IMG/VR virus record: IMGVR_UViG_3300016265_001850
Location: 1 to 24,099 of that record
Length of the DNA: 24,099 nucleotides
Direction: 5' to 3' (one strand)
DNA from: a virus
Taxonomy: Duplodnaviria > Caudoviricetes
The translations under genes were made by a program, and so were the position numbers. Numbering within the stretch: the first letter of the stretch is position 1; every line of letters starts with the position of its first letter. A model generated the notes under the pieces. The model did no database searches, was not told the DNA's origin, and saw only the letters and a list, made by a program, of their open reading frames with translations. Below, one piece after another: positions 15,770 through 24,099 of the stretch.

Positions 15770-17371
15770 CTAAAGCCGTAGGTCAATAGCGTTGACTACG
15801 CGCCCTGCATCCAATACAGCGTCCAATATCTGACCCTTATTGAAGATCAATTCCGAGGCCTCTTCCTCGATGGTCCCTTCCGCAACCAGGTTGTAGACCG
15901 TGACCGAGTCGGCGTCCTGCCCGATGCGATGGATGCGATCCACGCATTGGCTGATTTCAGCGGGGGTCCATGGGAGTTGGACAAAGGCCACCGCCTTTGC
16001 TGCTGTGAGCGTTAATCCAAACCCACCGGCGGTGATCCCGACCAGGATAACCCTGACCCTGGGATCGCTCTGGAAGTTCAGCACAGCATCGGCTCGTGCT
16101 TCGTCTGATACTCCGCCGTAGATCACGCCCACGGATCCAGCGTAGTCCTCGTCCTTCTCAAGCTCTCGCTTGATGGTCTCGATGACCTGCCGGTTGTGAG
16201 CAAACACCACCAGCTTCTCGCCTTCCTCGGTGTAGTCCTTGATCCACTCGACGGTGGATCCAAGCTTGGCATACCCGGCGATCTCCCGCAGCTTCTGGAT
16301 GGCCACGATGGCATCATCGCTCTTGGGCGCGTTGCCACCCATCCGGATGATGGCCTCCATCCCGGCCTTCCAGTCGATGCCGTTGAACGCGGCTTCGACC
16401 CGATCATACTCGGCACGGTCGAACTCCAACGGCAGCGTGCGATAGACCTTGGGAGGCAGTTCCTTGAGAACGTCGGACTTGAGCCGTCGGAGCATCATGT
16501 GATTGAGCAGCAGGGCATTGAGCTCGCCCGTGTTGCTGGCACCGTTGAAATCCCAGCCATGCCGGTTTTGCGTGGCATTGCAGTAACGGAATCCAAATCG
16601 TGTCCAGCTGCTAAACTGCGGGACCCATGGTGCTACGGTGTTCACCGACGTCCACATCTCCTTGGGACGGTTCACCATCGGCGTACCGGACATCAGCGTC
16701 ACGCGGCCGATGCCGGGGCCGAACGTCATGCGTTCGCGCTTGCCTCCCTTGATCTTGGTGTCATATCCGCCAACGGCCAGCCGTTGCATGGCCTGGGTGC
16801 GCTTGGCGTCCGGATTCTTGATCTTGTGGCTTTCATCCACGGCCATGAACCGGAGACCAAGCTTTTCCAGGTTTTCGCAGTTGGCAGCCAGGATGTCGTA
16901 GTTGATGACATAGATGTCGCACCCTTCGGTCGGCTCCTTGCTGTAGACCACGTTCGGGTGCCTAGCAGCCCGCTTGGCGGTCTGCTTCTTGCTGTAGGTC
17001 TTGCCCACGATGTTGATGCGATAGCGCTGGCCGGTCATGGCGACGATCTCGTTGCGCCAGTTCAGCTTCAGGGTGTTGGGCACCACGATCAGCGCTGGCA
17101 CCATCTGGCACTTGTGGATGTAGGCCATCACCTGCACGGTCTTGCCGGTGCCCTGCTCGTCGGCAAGCAACCCCCGTCCGTCCTGCTTTTCCAGCCAAGC
17201 AACACCCTCGGACTGGAAATCCTTGAGCTCGAAGGAAAATCCCGGCAGCACCCGCACACGGGGGATGCCATCCAGGATCTCATGGATCCTGGGATCCGTG
17301 TTCAACCCGTGCTTGATGCTGAGGCGCAGGACCTTTCGGGCGTTTTCTACGGTTGCAGGTACGGAAAGCAT
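15770..17371 (-). CDS. SNF2-family (HARP/SMARCAL1-like) helicase ATPase
   Basis: LADEQGTGKT, DESH, SGTP, MLRRLK..VLKELP, KLVVFAH, GGFGLTLT, QC.DRIHRIGQ. SD GAGGAG. Confidence 0.92.
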   Translation of the reverse strand: MLSVPATVENARKVLRLSIKHGLNTDPRIHEILDGIPRVRVLPGFSFELKDFQSEGVAWLEKQDGRGLLADEQGTGKTVQVMAYIHKCQMVPALIVVPNTLKLNWRNEIVAMTGQRYRINIVGKTYSKKQTAKRAARHPNVVYSKEPTEGCDIYVINYDILAANCENLEKLGLRFMAVDESHKIKNPDAKRTQAMQRLAVGGYDTKIKGGKRERMTFGPGIGRVTLMSGTPMVNRPKEMWTSVNTVAPWVPQFSSWTRFGFRYCNATQNRHGWDFNGASNTGELNALLLNHMMLRRLKSDVLKELPPKVYRTLPLEFDRAEYDRVEAAFNGIDWKAGMEAIIRMGGNAPKSDDAIVAIQKLREIAGYAKLGSTVEWIKDYTEEGEKLVVFAHNRQVIETIKRELEKDEDYAGSVGVIYGGVSDEARADAVLNFQSDPRVRVILVGITAGGFGLTLTAAKAVAFVQLPWTPAEISQCVDRIHRIGQDADSVTVYNLVAEGTIEEEASELIFNKGQILDAVLDAGRVVNAIDLRL

Positions 17372-17398
17372 GTGTGATGGCTCCTCGTTCTGACCTGC

Positions 17399-17426
17399 AT
17401 GATAGCATCTTTGCGCATATGGTCAA
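17399..17426 (-). promoter_or_regulatory. Early sigma70-type promoter
   Basis: TTGACC, 16-nt spacer ending in TGC (extended -10), TATCAT. Shares GATGCTAWCATGCA with the promoter at 18431-18458. Confidence 0.65.
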
Positions 17427-17429
17427 TCC

Positions 17430-17702
17430 CTAATTGATGACCATGTCCGGGAAATCGTCCCCGAAATCCTCGTTCGTTTGCAGTTCGTGGACGAACTCCA
17501 TGGTGTATTCGGGCCAAAGTCCGGAACATTCTGGGCAAGATTTTTCCTTCCAGGTCCTTCCTGTTCCAGGTAGGCAAGAAAGACGCGGACGTTGGCAGAT
17601 CTCGCACCAACGGCGTCCGTCGTCAAATGGCATGCCATGTGGCATACTGATATGCTCAAACATGTCGATCATCTGTTGCTTGAATGCGTCGTCCATGTTC
17701 AT
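17430..17702 (-). CDS. Small zinc-ribbon protein
   Basis: CEIC...CPEC, acidic C-terminus, ATGA overlap with the upstream stop, GGAGG SD. Confidence 0.65.
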   Translation of the reverse strand: MNMDDAFKQQMIDMFEHISMPHGMPFDDGRRWCEICQRPRLSCLPGTGRTWKEKSCPECSGLWPEYTMEFVHELQTNEDFGDDFPDMVIN

Positions 17703-18421
17703 CCTCCGATCAATTCTCTTTTGAACTCACCGAGGACTGAAGCGTCCGCAATGGCGATCATTATGGTATCCCCGGCAACGACCACGTGCCGCCCATCATT
17801 GAGGGACAGCATGGTGCGGCTTTCCGCCGTTTTTTCCCGGACCTTTTCCAGGTAGCTGGTGAACCGGGACTCAACCTCGAACCGGAACCGCTCGGCGATG
17901 TCCATGATGGACCAGATGCTGGTTTCGTTCACCGGAACTGTCCAGCACTTGGCTGCTGGATCCCAGGAGGGCCAGAATTTCTTGCCATTGTGTTCTCCCT
18001 TGAGCTCAGTCTTGATCGCCTGGACGATGGCCGTGTCGTATCGGAAATTGAACACGGCATTGGAATCCCGGCTGGTCAGCCTGCGGTCGTTTCCAGCGGA
18101 GTCCGAGCTCGGATCCCTGGGAGCTTGGCGGAAAACCGGGTTTTCCAACCAACCATCCATGAAGTCCTTGCCTCCCAGCTGGCGCTGGTATCGGCGCAGC
18201 ATCTTCAGCGCCGACGCCGCCTGCTTGGCGGACCACGGCCTCCCCTCGGATGCCTGCTGGGCAAGGCTATGCCCAAAGCTGGCATCCATCTTGCTGAACC
18301 CAGCACCGTCCCAGGTGCTGGCATGGTTGCACATGCCAGCGAGGGAGCATATCATGCCCTCGGCGGTATGCGGAGAACCAGGGTCCACGATCCATTCGTG
18401 CATGATTAGGCTTCCGTTCAT
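17699..18421 (-). CDS. HARP-domain protein (detached accessory domains of the neighbouring SNF2 helicase)
   Basis: HARP-like F.Y...IV..IK...WDP..K.W.VP. The N-terminal LAG.C..A...DG.GF.K.D..FG.SLA...S.KQ...LRRY..QL motif is one I associate with SNF2 helicases. Start may be 18403. Confidence 0.6.
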   Translation of the reverse strand: MNGSLIMHEWIVDPGSPHTAEGMICSLAGMCNHASTWDGAGFSKMDASFGHSLAQQASEGRPWSAKQAASALKMLRRYQRQLGGKDFMDGWLENPVFRQAPRDPSSDSAGNDRRLTSRDSNAVFNFRYDTAIVQAIKTELKGEHNGKKFWPSWDPAAKCWTVPVNETSIWSIMDIAERFRFEVESRFTSYLEKVREKTAESRTMLSLNDGRHVVVAGDTIMIAIADASVLGEFKRELIGG

Positions 18422-18430
18422 CGTTCATGC

Positions 18431-18458
18431 ATGTTAGCATCAACGGCATGCAAGTCAA
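18431..18458 (-). promoter_or_regulatory. Early sigma70-type promoter
   Basis: TTGACT, 16-nt spacer ending in TGC, TAACAT. Confidence 0.65.
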
Positions 18459-18465
18459 CCGGTTT

Positions 18466-18960
18466 CTAGAAGATCTCCTTGAACCATGGTTGGTTCACGT
18501 GCCCCCTATCCCTGGCCCACATGTAAACCAGTCCCTTTTCCCGTCCATGGGCCTCGATCTCCCAGGGGAGATCCCAGTAATCGGTTTGGTCCTCGCAGAT
18601 GCGGGTTCCCTGCCACTTTGACATGCCGCTGCGATGGCAGTATCCTAGCTCGCCGCGAGCATATTGCTTGACGTGTACCATCTCATGGGCAACGATCATC
18701 AGGGTCCTCAGCAGCTTGAACCGGCTGGTGATGATGATCCTAAAACCGCGCGGACGAATGCGATCGTCGTCATCGTCCACCTCGGTCGTCCCGTACAGGC
18801 GATCCCTGTTATATATCTTTGGTCCAACAGCCTGTATGGTTAGATCTATGTTACGCTCAAGCCTGGGTCCCATCAGCTTGATGGCGCACCATTGGACTAG
18901 ATCCTTTACGAGGGCCTTCTTGTCCGCGCTTAGATATCGCCCCCTGATGGTAACATTCAT
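18466..18960 (-). CDS. Zinc metallopeptidase (HExxH), conserved T4-like phage type
   Basis: AHEMVHVKQY...Y.DLPWEIEA. SD GGAGGG. Confidence 0.8.
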   Translation of the reverse strand: MNVTIRGRYLSADKKALVKDLVQWCAIKLMGPRLERNIDLTIQAVGPKIYNRDRLYGTTEVDDDDDRIRPRGFRIIITSRFKLLRTLMIVAHEMVHVKQYARGELGYCHRSGMSKWQGTRICEDQTDYWDLPWEIEAHGREKGLVYMWARDRGHVNQPWFKEIF

Positions 18961-18979
18961 CCATGTCCCTCCGTCCTAT

Positions 18980-19348
18980 TTACGGCAGATCGTCCTGATC
19001 ATCCGTTGGATTTGGGAGGTATCTGGTCCTCATGGAGAATATCTGTCCGATCGGGCCGGTCATCGGCGACACACCGACGATGTCATTGGCGATTATGCTG
19101 GGCATGACCCTCCTGACTAGGTTGATCATGATCTGATCGGATGCAACATCCTCCGTCCATCTTAGGAGATATGCGACCTGGTCCTCCTGATGGGAGAACC
19201 TTATCGTCGTCATGGAGTTCTCCTGATAGAATTCCCAGGTTCCGACGAAGCAACCGCTCCATTCCAGGAACTCCTCGGTCGCAGCTTTCTTTAGATAATC
19301 ATAAACTCCATGCCTTATCGGGGAAGAGCACCACTCGTCATCGGTCAT
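18980..19348 (-). CDS. Small protein with a C-terminal major capsid protein (gp23) Gol-like segment
   Basis: ATG 19348 overlaps the upstream TGA (SD AAGGA). N-terminal domain ends in RF...EDQVAYLLRW. C-terminal LVRRVMPSIIANDIVGVSPMTGPIGQIFSMRTRY matches the most conserved gp23 motif. Confidence 0.75.
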   Translation of the reverse strand: MTDDEWCSSPIRHGVYDYLKKAATEEFLEWSGCFVGTWEFYQENSMTTIRFSHQEDQVAYLLRWTEDVASDQIMINLVRRVMPSIIANDIVGVSPMTGPIGQIFSMRTRYLPNPTDDQDDLP

Positions 19349-19545
19349 GAAATCGATCCTTGCATGCGGAGGATGCCCCGAGATGACAGGAAATCCAATA
19401 CAGCACGGGCTTGGCCTCGGCAAAATTCCTTCTGGGTGTTGCTGGTTTTCTTCCAATGTTCTGGAGAACAGGTGCCGTACTGGGTATAGCTGTCGGCATA
19501 TATGATCCTGGCTGTTTCTTCGACCAACGTGTCCATATTCATCAT
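19345..19545 (-). CDS. Hypothetical protein
   Basis: 66 aa, ATGA overlaps on both sides (translational coupling). Confidence 0.65.
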   Translation of the reverse strand: MMNMDTLVEETARIIYADSYTQYGTCSPEHWKKTSNTQKEFCRGQARAVLDFLSSRGILRMQGSIS

Positions 19546-19784
19546 TCCACACCGTATGTCTCGCGTATCCTTTTTACAAGGTCTCCGACGGTCTCGGATG
19601 ACCTAATATCAGCATCATCATCGACGGTGATCCCGATTGCATCTTCCAGATGCATCGTTAGCTCAACGACATCCAGACTATCCAGATTTAGATCCTCTAT
19701 CAATCGAAGATCCTGTCGTATTTCGATGTCAGCTGAAACGGATGATTTTAGGTATCCAACCAGTGCTTCTTCTACGGTAGGCAT
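19542..19784 (-). CDS. acpP: Acyl carrier protein
   Basis: LIEDLNLDSLDVVEL.M.LED..GI.V.D......TVGDLV with the phosphopantetheine Ser in DSL. Acidic, 80 aa. ATG 19784 with GGAG SD. Confidence 0.88.
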   Translation of the reverse strand: MPTVEEALVGYLKSSVSADIEIRQDLRLIEDLNLDSLDVVELTMHLEDAIGITVDDDADIRSSETVGDLVKRIRETYGVE

Positions 19785-19863
19785 TTGATTTCTCCGGCAT
19801 TGTTCTTTTTGCGGCTGCATGCCGGCAACTGTCAATAAGCGAAAAATCCCGGTTTCTAACCTG

Positions 19864-19873
19864 GATAAATATC
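19864..19873 (+). promoter_or_regulatory. T4-like late promoter
   Basis: GATAAATATC immediately upstream of the gp25 ATG (19880). Confidence 0.7.
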
Positions 19874-19879
19874 ATAGAT

Positions 19880-20263
19880 ATGGCAACACTAACAAGCAAG
19901 AACCTGTTCGTTGGTTATTCTACCGTGGGCGCCCCAAAGGGGCAACAGTTGGTAGACATGAAGCTGGTGGAACAGGATCTACTCAATCATTTCTATACCC
20001 GTAAAAACGAGCGGGTGATGATGCCCGGATGGGGATGCGGTATCTGGGAATACCTGTTTGAACCGATAGATTACGTTAGGGAAAACATAATCTACGAGGC
20101 CCAACAGGTCATAGCCGCTGATCCACGGGTGCAGCTGAAATCGATAGAAGTGCGCGAGATGGATCAAGGAATACGCATCGACATGACCCTTTATTACGTA
20201 CCTCTCAATGCCATCGGTAATTTTTCCGTTGATTTTGATAGGCGCAGTAGGCTGATGTCCTAA
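19880..20263 (+). CDS. gp25: Baseplate wedge subunit gp25
   Basis: D..LV.QDLLNHF.TRK.ERVM.P.WGC.IW..LFEP...I..DPRV (GPW_gp25 pattern). Confidence 0.9.
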   Translation: MATLTSKNLFVGYSTVGAPKGQQLVDMKLVEQDLLNHFYTRKNERVMMPGWGCGIWEYLFEPIDYVRENIIYEAQQVIAADPRVQLKSIEVREMDQGIRIDMTLYYVPLNAIGNFSVDFDRRSRLMS

Positions 20264-20276
20264 GGAAAGATGAATC

Positions 20277-23200
20277 ATGGCAACTACCCAGCAAGTTAGG
20301 CAAAGCCAGCTTTTCGCGGCCGAGGATTGGAGGGTCATATACACGGCCTTCACCCAGGTGAACTTCAACGCATATGATTTCAATACCATACGATCCTCGA
20401 TGATTGATTATGTTCGGATCAATTATCCGGAGGATTTTAACGATTGGATTGAAAGCAGCGAGTTCGTGGCCCTGATTGATCTGCTGGCCTACCTCGGACA
20501 AAGCTTGGCTTTTAGGATGGATCTCAACACCCGTGAGAACTTCCTTGACACCGCCCAACGCCGAGAAAGCATCTTCAGATTGGCAAGGATGCTCAGCTAC
20601 CAACCGCAGAGATCCATTCCAGCCAGTGGGTTGTTGAAGATCACCGCGGTTATTACCAATCAGCCAGTTTATGACTCCTACGGTAACAACCTGCAAAACG
20701 TCCAGGTAATTTGGAATGATCAGAACAATCCAGATTGGTTCGAGCAGTTCATACTGGTGATCAATGCCACCCTCAACAGCACCAACACGTTTGGGGATCC
20801 AGCCAAGACTGGTACCGTTAATGGAATAGAGACCCAGCTTTACGAGATGAACAACACCGCAATCCCGACCAGCGTGATACCATTTACGGCCACCGTTGCA
20901 GGGAACACGGTAAACATGGAATTGGCGAACGCTAGTTTCAATGAGGGAAGCCAGGTCAATCTGGCAAATTCTGGTAATTTCTATGAGGTCGACCCGGATC
21001 CGAGCAACTCATGGAGCATCATCTATCGTGCTGACGGTAATGGATATTCCAGTGCCAACACCGGATTTTTCCTGTATTTCAAGCAGGGATCGATGCAATT
21101 CAAGGATTACCAATGTGCATTACCGATTCCGAACCGCGTGATAGATGTCAATGCCGATGGTGTGAATCAAACCGACGTTTGGGTGCAGAACATTGATGCT
21201 AGCGGGCGTGTTAACAAGACATGGACCAAGGTGCCAAGTGTTAACGGATTCAATGTGATATACAACAGCCTTGAGAAAAGCATACGTGACATTTACAGCG
21301 TGATTTCCAGGGACAATAACGGTAACGATCAGATCAGCATACGATTCGCTGATGGTAATTTTGGAAACGTGCCGATCGGCATCATTCGCGTTTGGTACAG
21401 GATCAGCAACAACCTTACTTACCAGATCCGCCCAAGTGACATATCCAATCAGACCTTTGCATTTGGATATTCAGACAATTTGAACAATTTTTGGAACGTG
21501 GCATTTACCACAAACCTGCAATACACGGTTAACAACGCGCAAAGCACTGAAAGCAATGCTAGGATTGCCCAAAATGCCCCACAGATCTACTATACGCAGG
21601 ATCGTATGGTCAATGGCGAGGATTACAATCTTTTCCCGCTACAGGATGGAAGGATCCTCAAAAACAAGGCCGTAAATCGTACCTATAGCGGGCAAAGCCG
21701 TTATCTCGACATGGAGGATCCAACCGGAAGCTACAGCGATCTCAACGTGTTTGGGACAGATGGTATCCTTTATAGCGAAAATGAACTGAACATGCGTGAC
21801 GTGATCAATTCTCCGGGTACCAACACGACGGTAGTAGTCAACACTCAGATACAACCATTGTTGAACGGCAGCTTAGGCAGCCAGCAACAGGCATTGGAAC
21901 TGAAAAATTTCTTCTATTACAACTATCCAAAGGTGGCCATTCCAGCTGGGTACACCTGGAAAACGATCACCAGCCTGACCAAGAGCTGCACCGGTGCTTT
22001 TTTTAGTGGTAGCAAGGCGGTGCAGGTTGGGTCATCCGTTCCGGCATCAAATCCACTGAGATACATCACCCAGGGATCATTGGTCGCGTTTTCCAATGGC
22101 AAGGATGCATCGATGGTTGGCATAGTCGGTGATGGCGCCGGTGTTAATCTAACTGGAAAACTAAACAACGGCCAGGGTGCCATAACGGCCAGCACGATTC
22201 TATCAACCGGTGACGTTCCGATCAGCGTGATATCAGCATTTCGAACCACCCTAACGTCAACGGATCCAAACAATGAGACCTCGGCGGTTGCTGCGGCATT
22301 GTCGGCTCGTAAACCGTTTGGTATGAGGTATGATGCGGTCGATTGCTCATGGAAGATCATCACCGCTGACAATCTAAGCAGCAGCAATACCTTCAGCCTG
22401 GAATTCGCAGGGAATACCAGCAGCACCAACAAGGATGCTAGCTGGCTAGTAAAGGTCATATGGGTCGGAACAGGATGGCGGATCTATAGCAGGGCGTTGA
22501 GATACATCTTTGAAAGCGTAAGGCAAACGAGGTTCTATTTCGAAAACACCAAGAAGATATATGATCCAACTACCGGCTCGGCGCAGCTGGATTACGTCAG
22601 CGTTCTAGCAATAAATGCTGATCCGAGATCAGGCACCATCAACGTGACGGCTCCGATCATTTATGCGAACTCATACAGCATCGATGTCAGTACTACGACA
22701 GGTATTACCAATGGACAGCGAGTTGTCGGTCCCGGAGTACCATCTGATACTACCGTGATTGGCGTTGGTGTCGGAAGCATTACCATTGACAAGCAGACGA
22801 CATCCGGTAGTGTTGATTCGACACTGATGTTTTATCCGCCATCGTCCCTCGGTAAGGATTATCTCTGGGAGATAACCGGCCAACAGATATATCCGGATGG
22901 GTATGCCGATCCTCGCAGCGTTAGGTTAACCATGTGGGAAGGGGATAACTATGGTATTCCGGACGATCCGGATGAATATGATGAGATAGTTGATCCATCG
23001 GATGATCCAAGCAAGATGCTGTTTTGGAGCAGGATGACCTCCAGCGATGGGTATCAGTATTGGCAGCCGATCGATATACCTTTATCGAGGATATATTCAA
23101 CTCCGTCGTCAATACCGCCCTTGACATCACCGACCTGGACGGAAAAGGAACTTATATATGTTATAAGTACCGGAGTTTTTTATCGGTATGTATCCGGAAA

Positions 23201-23870
23201 TTTGCTTGATGTTACGTCCGAGCATAAGATGAGGATAGGTCGAAAATCCATATCCTATCTCTGGAAGCATTATGCTCCAACTGATCAACGTGTTAATCCG
23301 GCGGTAATGAACGTCATAGACATGTATGTTCTCACGTCGGCATATGATACCGACGTGAGAAATTGGATAGCCACGAACGGATCCATGGACACCATGCCAG
23401 TGCCTCCAACCAGCGCCGAGCTCAAGTCGGATTTTGCTAATCTCGAAGAGTACAAGCAGATGACCGATCAGATCGTGTGGCATCCGGTCAGCTATAAGGT
23501 GCTGTTTGGTAGCCAAGCTGAACAGGAATATCAAGCCAAGTTCAAGGTGGTCAAGACTCCTGGTACCACGGTGACCGATAATGAGGTCAAGAGCCTGGTG
23601 ATACAGGCCGTTAATCAATATTTCAGCCTGAATAACTGGGATTTTGGACAGAGCTTTTTCTTTACCGAGCTCGCGGCCTACATACATCAGCAGCTAGCTA
23701 CCATAGTCGGTTCGGTGGTCATAACACCCCTAAACGCCCAGGCGAAATTTGGGGATTTGTTCGAAATCACCTGCGAATCGGACCAAATATTCATAAGCGG
23801 GGCTCGGGTCACCGATGTGCAAATAGTGCCTGCTCTAACCGAAACCACTCTGGGGATAACCAATGGTTGA
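20277..23870 (+). CDS. gp6: Baseplate wedge subunit gp6 (long jumbo-phage type)
   Basis: YDF.TIR..MI.Y...YPEDFND.IESSEF.ALIDL.AY.GQ.LAFR.DLN.RENFL.TA.RRES..RLA, F.DG.FG.VP, ES...I..NAP..YYTQ.RMVNGEDYN. Confidence 0.9.
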   Translation: MATTQQVRQSQLFAAEDWRVIYTAFTQVNFNAYDFNTIRSSMIDYVRINYPEDFNDWIESSEFVALIDLLAYLGQSLAFRMDLNTRENFLDTAQRRESIFRLARMLSYQPQRSIPASGLLKITAVITNQPVYDSYGNNLQNVQVIWNDQNNPDWFEQFILVINATLNSTNTFGDPAKTGTVNGIETQLYEMNNTAIPTSVIPFTATVAGNTVNMELANASFNEGSQVNLANSGNFYEVDPDPSNSWSIIYRADGNGYSSANTGFFLYFKQGSMQFKDYQCALPIPNRVIDVNADGVNQTDVWVQNIDASGRVNKTWTKVPSVNGFNVIYNSLEKSIRDIYSVISRDNNGNDQISIRFADGNFGNVPIGIIRVWYRISNNLTYQIRPSDISNQTFAFGYSDNLNNFWNVAFTTNLQYTVNNAQSTESNARIAQNAPQIYYTQDRMVNGEDYNLFPLQDGRILKNKAVNRTYSGQSRYLDMEDPTGSYSDLNVFGTDGILYSENELNMRDVINSPGTNTTVVVNTQIQPLLNGSLGSQQQALELKNFFYYNYPKVAIPAGYTWKTITSLTKSCTGAFFSGSKAVQVGSSVPASNPLRYITQGSLVAFSNGKDASMVGIVGDGAGVNLTGKLNNGQGAITASTILSTGDVPISVISAFRTTLTSTDPNNETSAVAAALSARKPFGMRYDAVDCSWKIITADNLSSSNTFSLEFAGNTSSTNKDASWLVKVIWVGTGWRIYSRALRYIFESVRQTRFYFENTKKIYDPTTGSAQLDYVSVLAINADPRSGTINVTAPIIYANSYSIDVSTTTGITNGQRVVGPGVPSDTTVIGVGVGSITIDKQTTSGSVDSTLMFYPPSSLGKDYLWEITGQQIYPDGYADPRSVRLTMWEGDNYGIPDDPDEYDEIVDPSDDPSKMLFWSRMTSSDGYQYWQPIDIPLSRIYSTPSSIPPLTSPTWTEKELIYVISTGVFYRYVSGNLLDVTSEHKMRIGRKSISYLWKHYAPTDQRVNPAVMNVIDMYVLTSAYDTDVRNWIATNGSMDTMPVPPTSAELKSDFANLEEYKQMTDQIVWHPVSYKVLFGSQAEQEYQAKFKVVKTPGTTVTDNEVKSLVIQAVNQYFSLNNWDFGQSFFFTELAAYIHQQLATIVGSVVITPLNAQAKFGDLFEITCESDQIFISGARVTDVQIVPALTETTLGITNG

Positions 23871-24099
23871 TAAGCGTCGAACTATAGAACTTTTACCCGG
23901 GCACCTGAGGACAGAAACCCTCACAAAGGTTTTCGAGGCCACCGTCGATCATCTTTTCCAACCAGAAAGCGTGGAATTCGTGACCGGATACGTCGGAGAA
24001 AAGCCAGCCTGGTACGATCCACTGAAGGATTTCTATCTTGCTGAACCGACCAAACCTAGGACCGATTACCAACTATCCCCGACCGTGGTAAGCAGGGAT
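23863..24099 (+). CDS. N-terminus of the next structural protein (probable large baseplate wedge, gp7-like), truncated by the window end
   Basis: Open frame MVDKRRTIELLPGHLRTETLTKVFEATVDHLFQPESVEFVTGYVGEK...RTDYQLSPTVV overlapping the gp6 stop. Absent from the ORF track because it has no stop in the window. Confidence 0.75.
   Translation, partial: MVDKRRTIELLPGHLRTETLTKVFEATVDHLFQPESVEFVTGYVGEKPAWYDPLKDFYLAEPTKPRTDYQLSPTVVSRD

Noticed and set aside
16196-18437. Long antisense ORFs (16196-17377, 17786-18409, 17859-18437) and similar shadow ORFs throughout
   Set aside because: They overlap well-supported genes on the other strand and are typical shadows of high-GC3 coding sequence.
19349-19552. 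N-terminal extension of the 18980-19552 ORF
   Set aside because: It overlaps the coupled 66-aa gene; ATG 19348 has an SD and an ATGA overlap.
19805-19835. Sigma70 promoter upstream of ACP (TTGACA at 19835-19830, minus strand)
   Set aside because: No recognisable -10 at 16-18 nt spacing.
1-24099. CRISPR array, tRNA genes, IS ends, alternative genetic code
   Set aside because: No regularly spaced repeats, cloverleafs or transposase seen; conserved genes translate full length in code 11 with TAA, TAG and TGA all used as stops.

Overview
Fragment of a large T4-superfamily (jumbo-type) myovirus genome. It has three parts. (1) Plus-strand late baseplate genes: gp26/gp51-like, gp54/48-like, gp53, gp27-like hub, a 1182-aa gp5 spike with several enzyme domains, gp25, gp6 and the start of a further large wedge gene; two T4-like late promoters (ATAAATATC) precede gp54/48-like and gp25. 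(2) A minus-strand gp55 (intein-split late sigma factor)-gp47-gp46 operon, plus an Hjc-type resolvase on the + strand. (3) A minus-strand early island carrying ACP, a protein with a capsid Gol-like peptide, an HExxH peptidase and a split HARP/SNF2 helicase. The most notable observations are: a protein that reads like the WED+REC lobe of TnpB/Cas12f without RuvC, lying next to hairpins and a densely structured non-coding region of about 470 nt; a probable -1 frameshift fusing gp26 and gp51; a stand-alone copy of the gp23 Gol peptide in an early gene; and a LAGLIDADG intein in the late sigma factor. All family calls come from reading motifs by eye, with no database searches.
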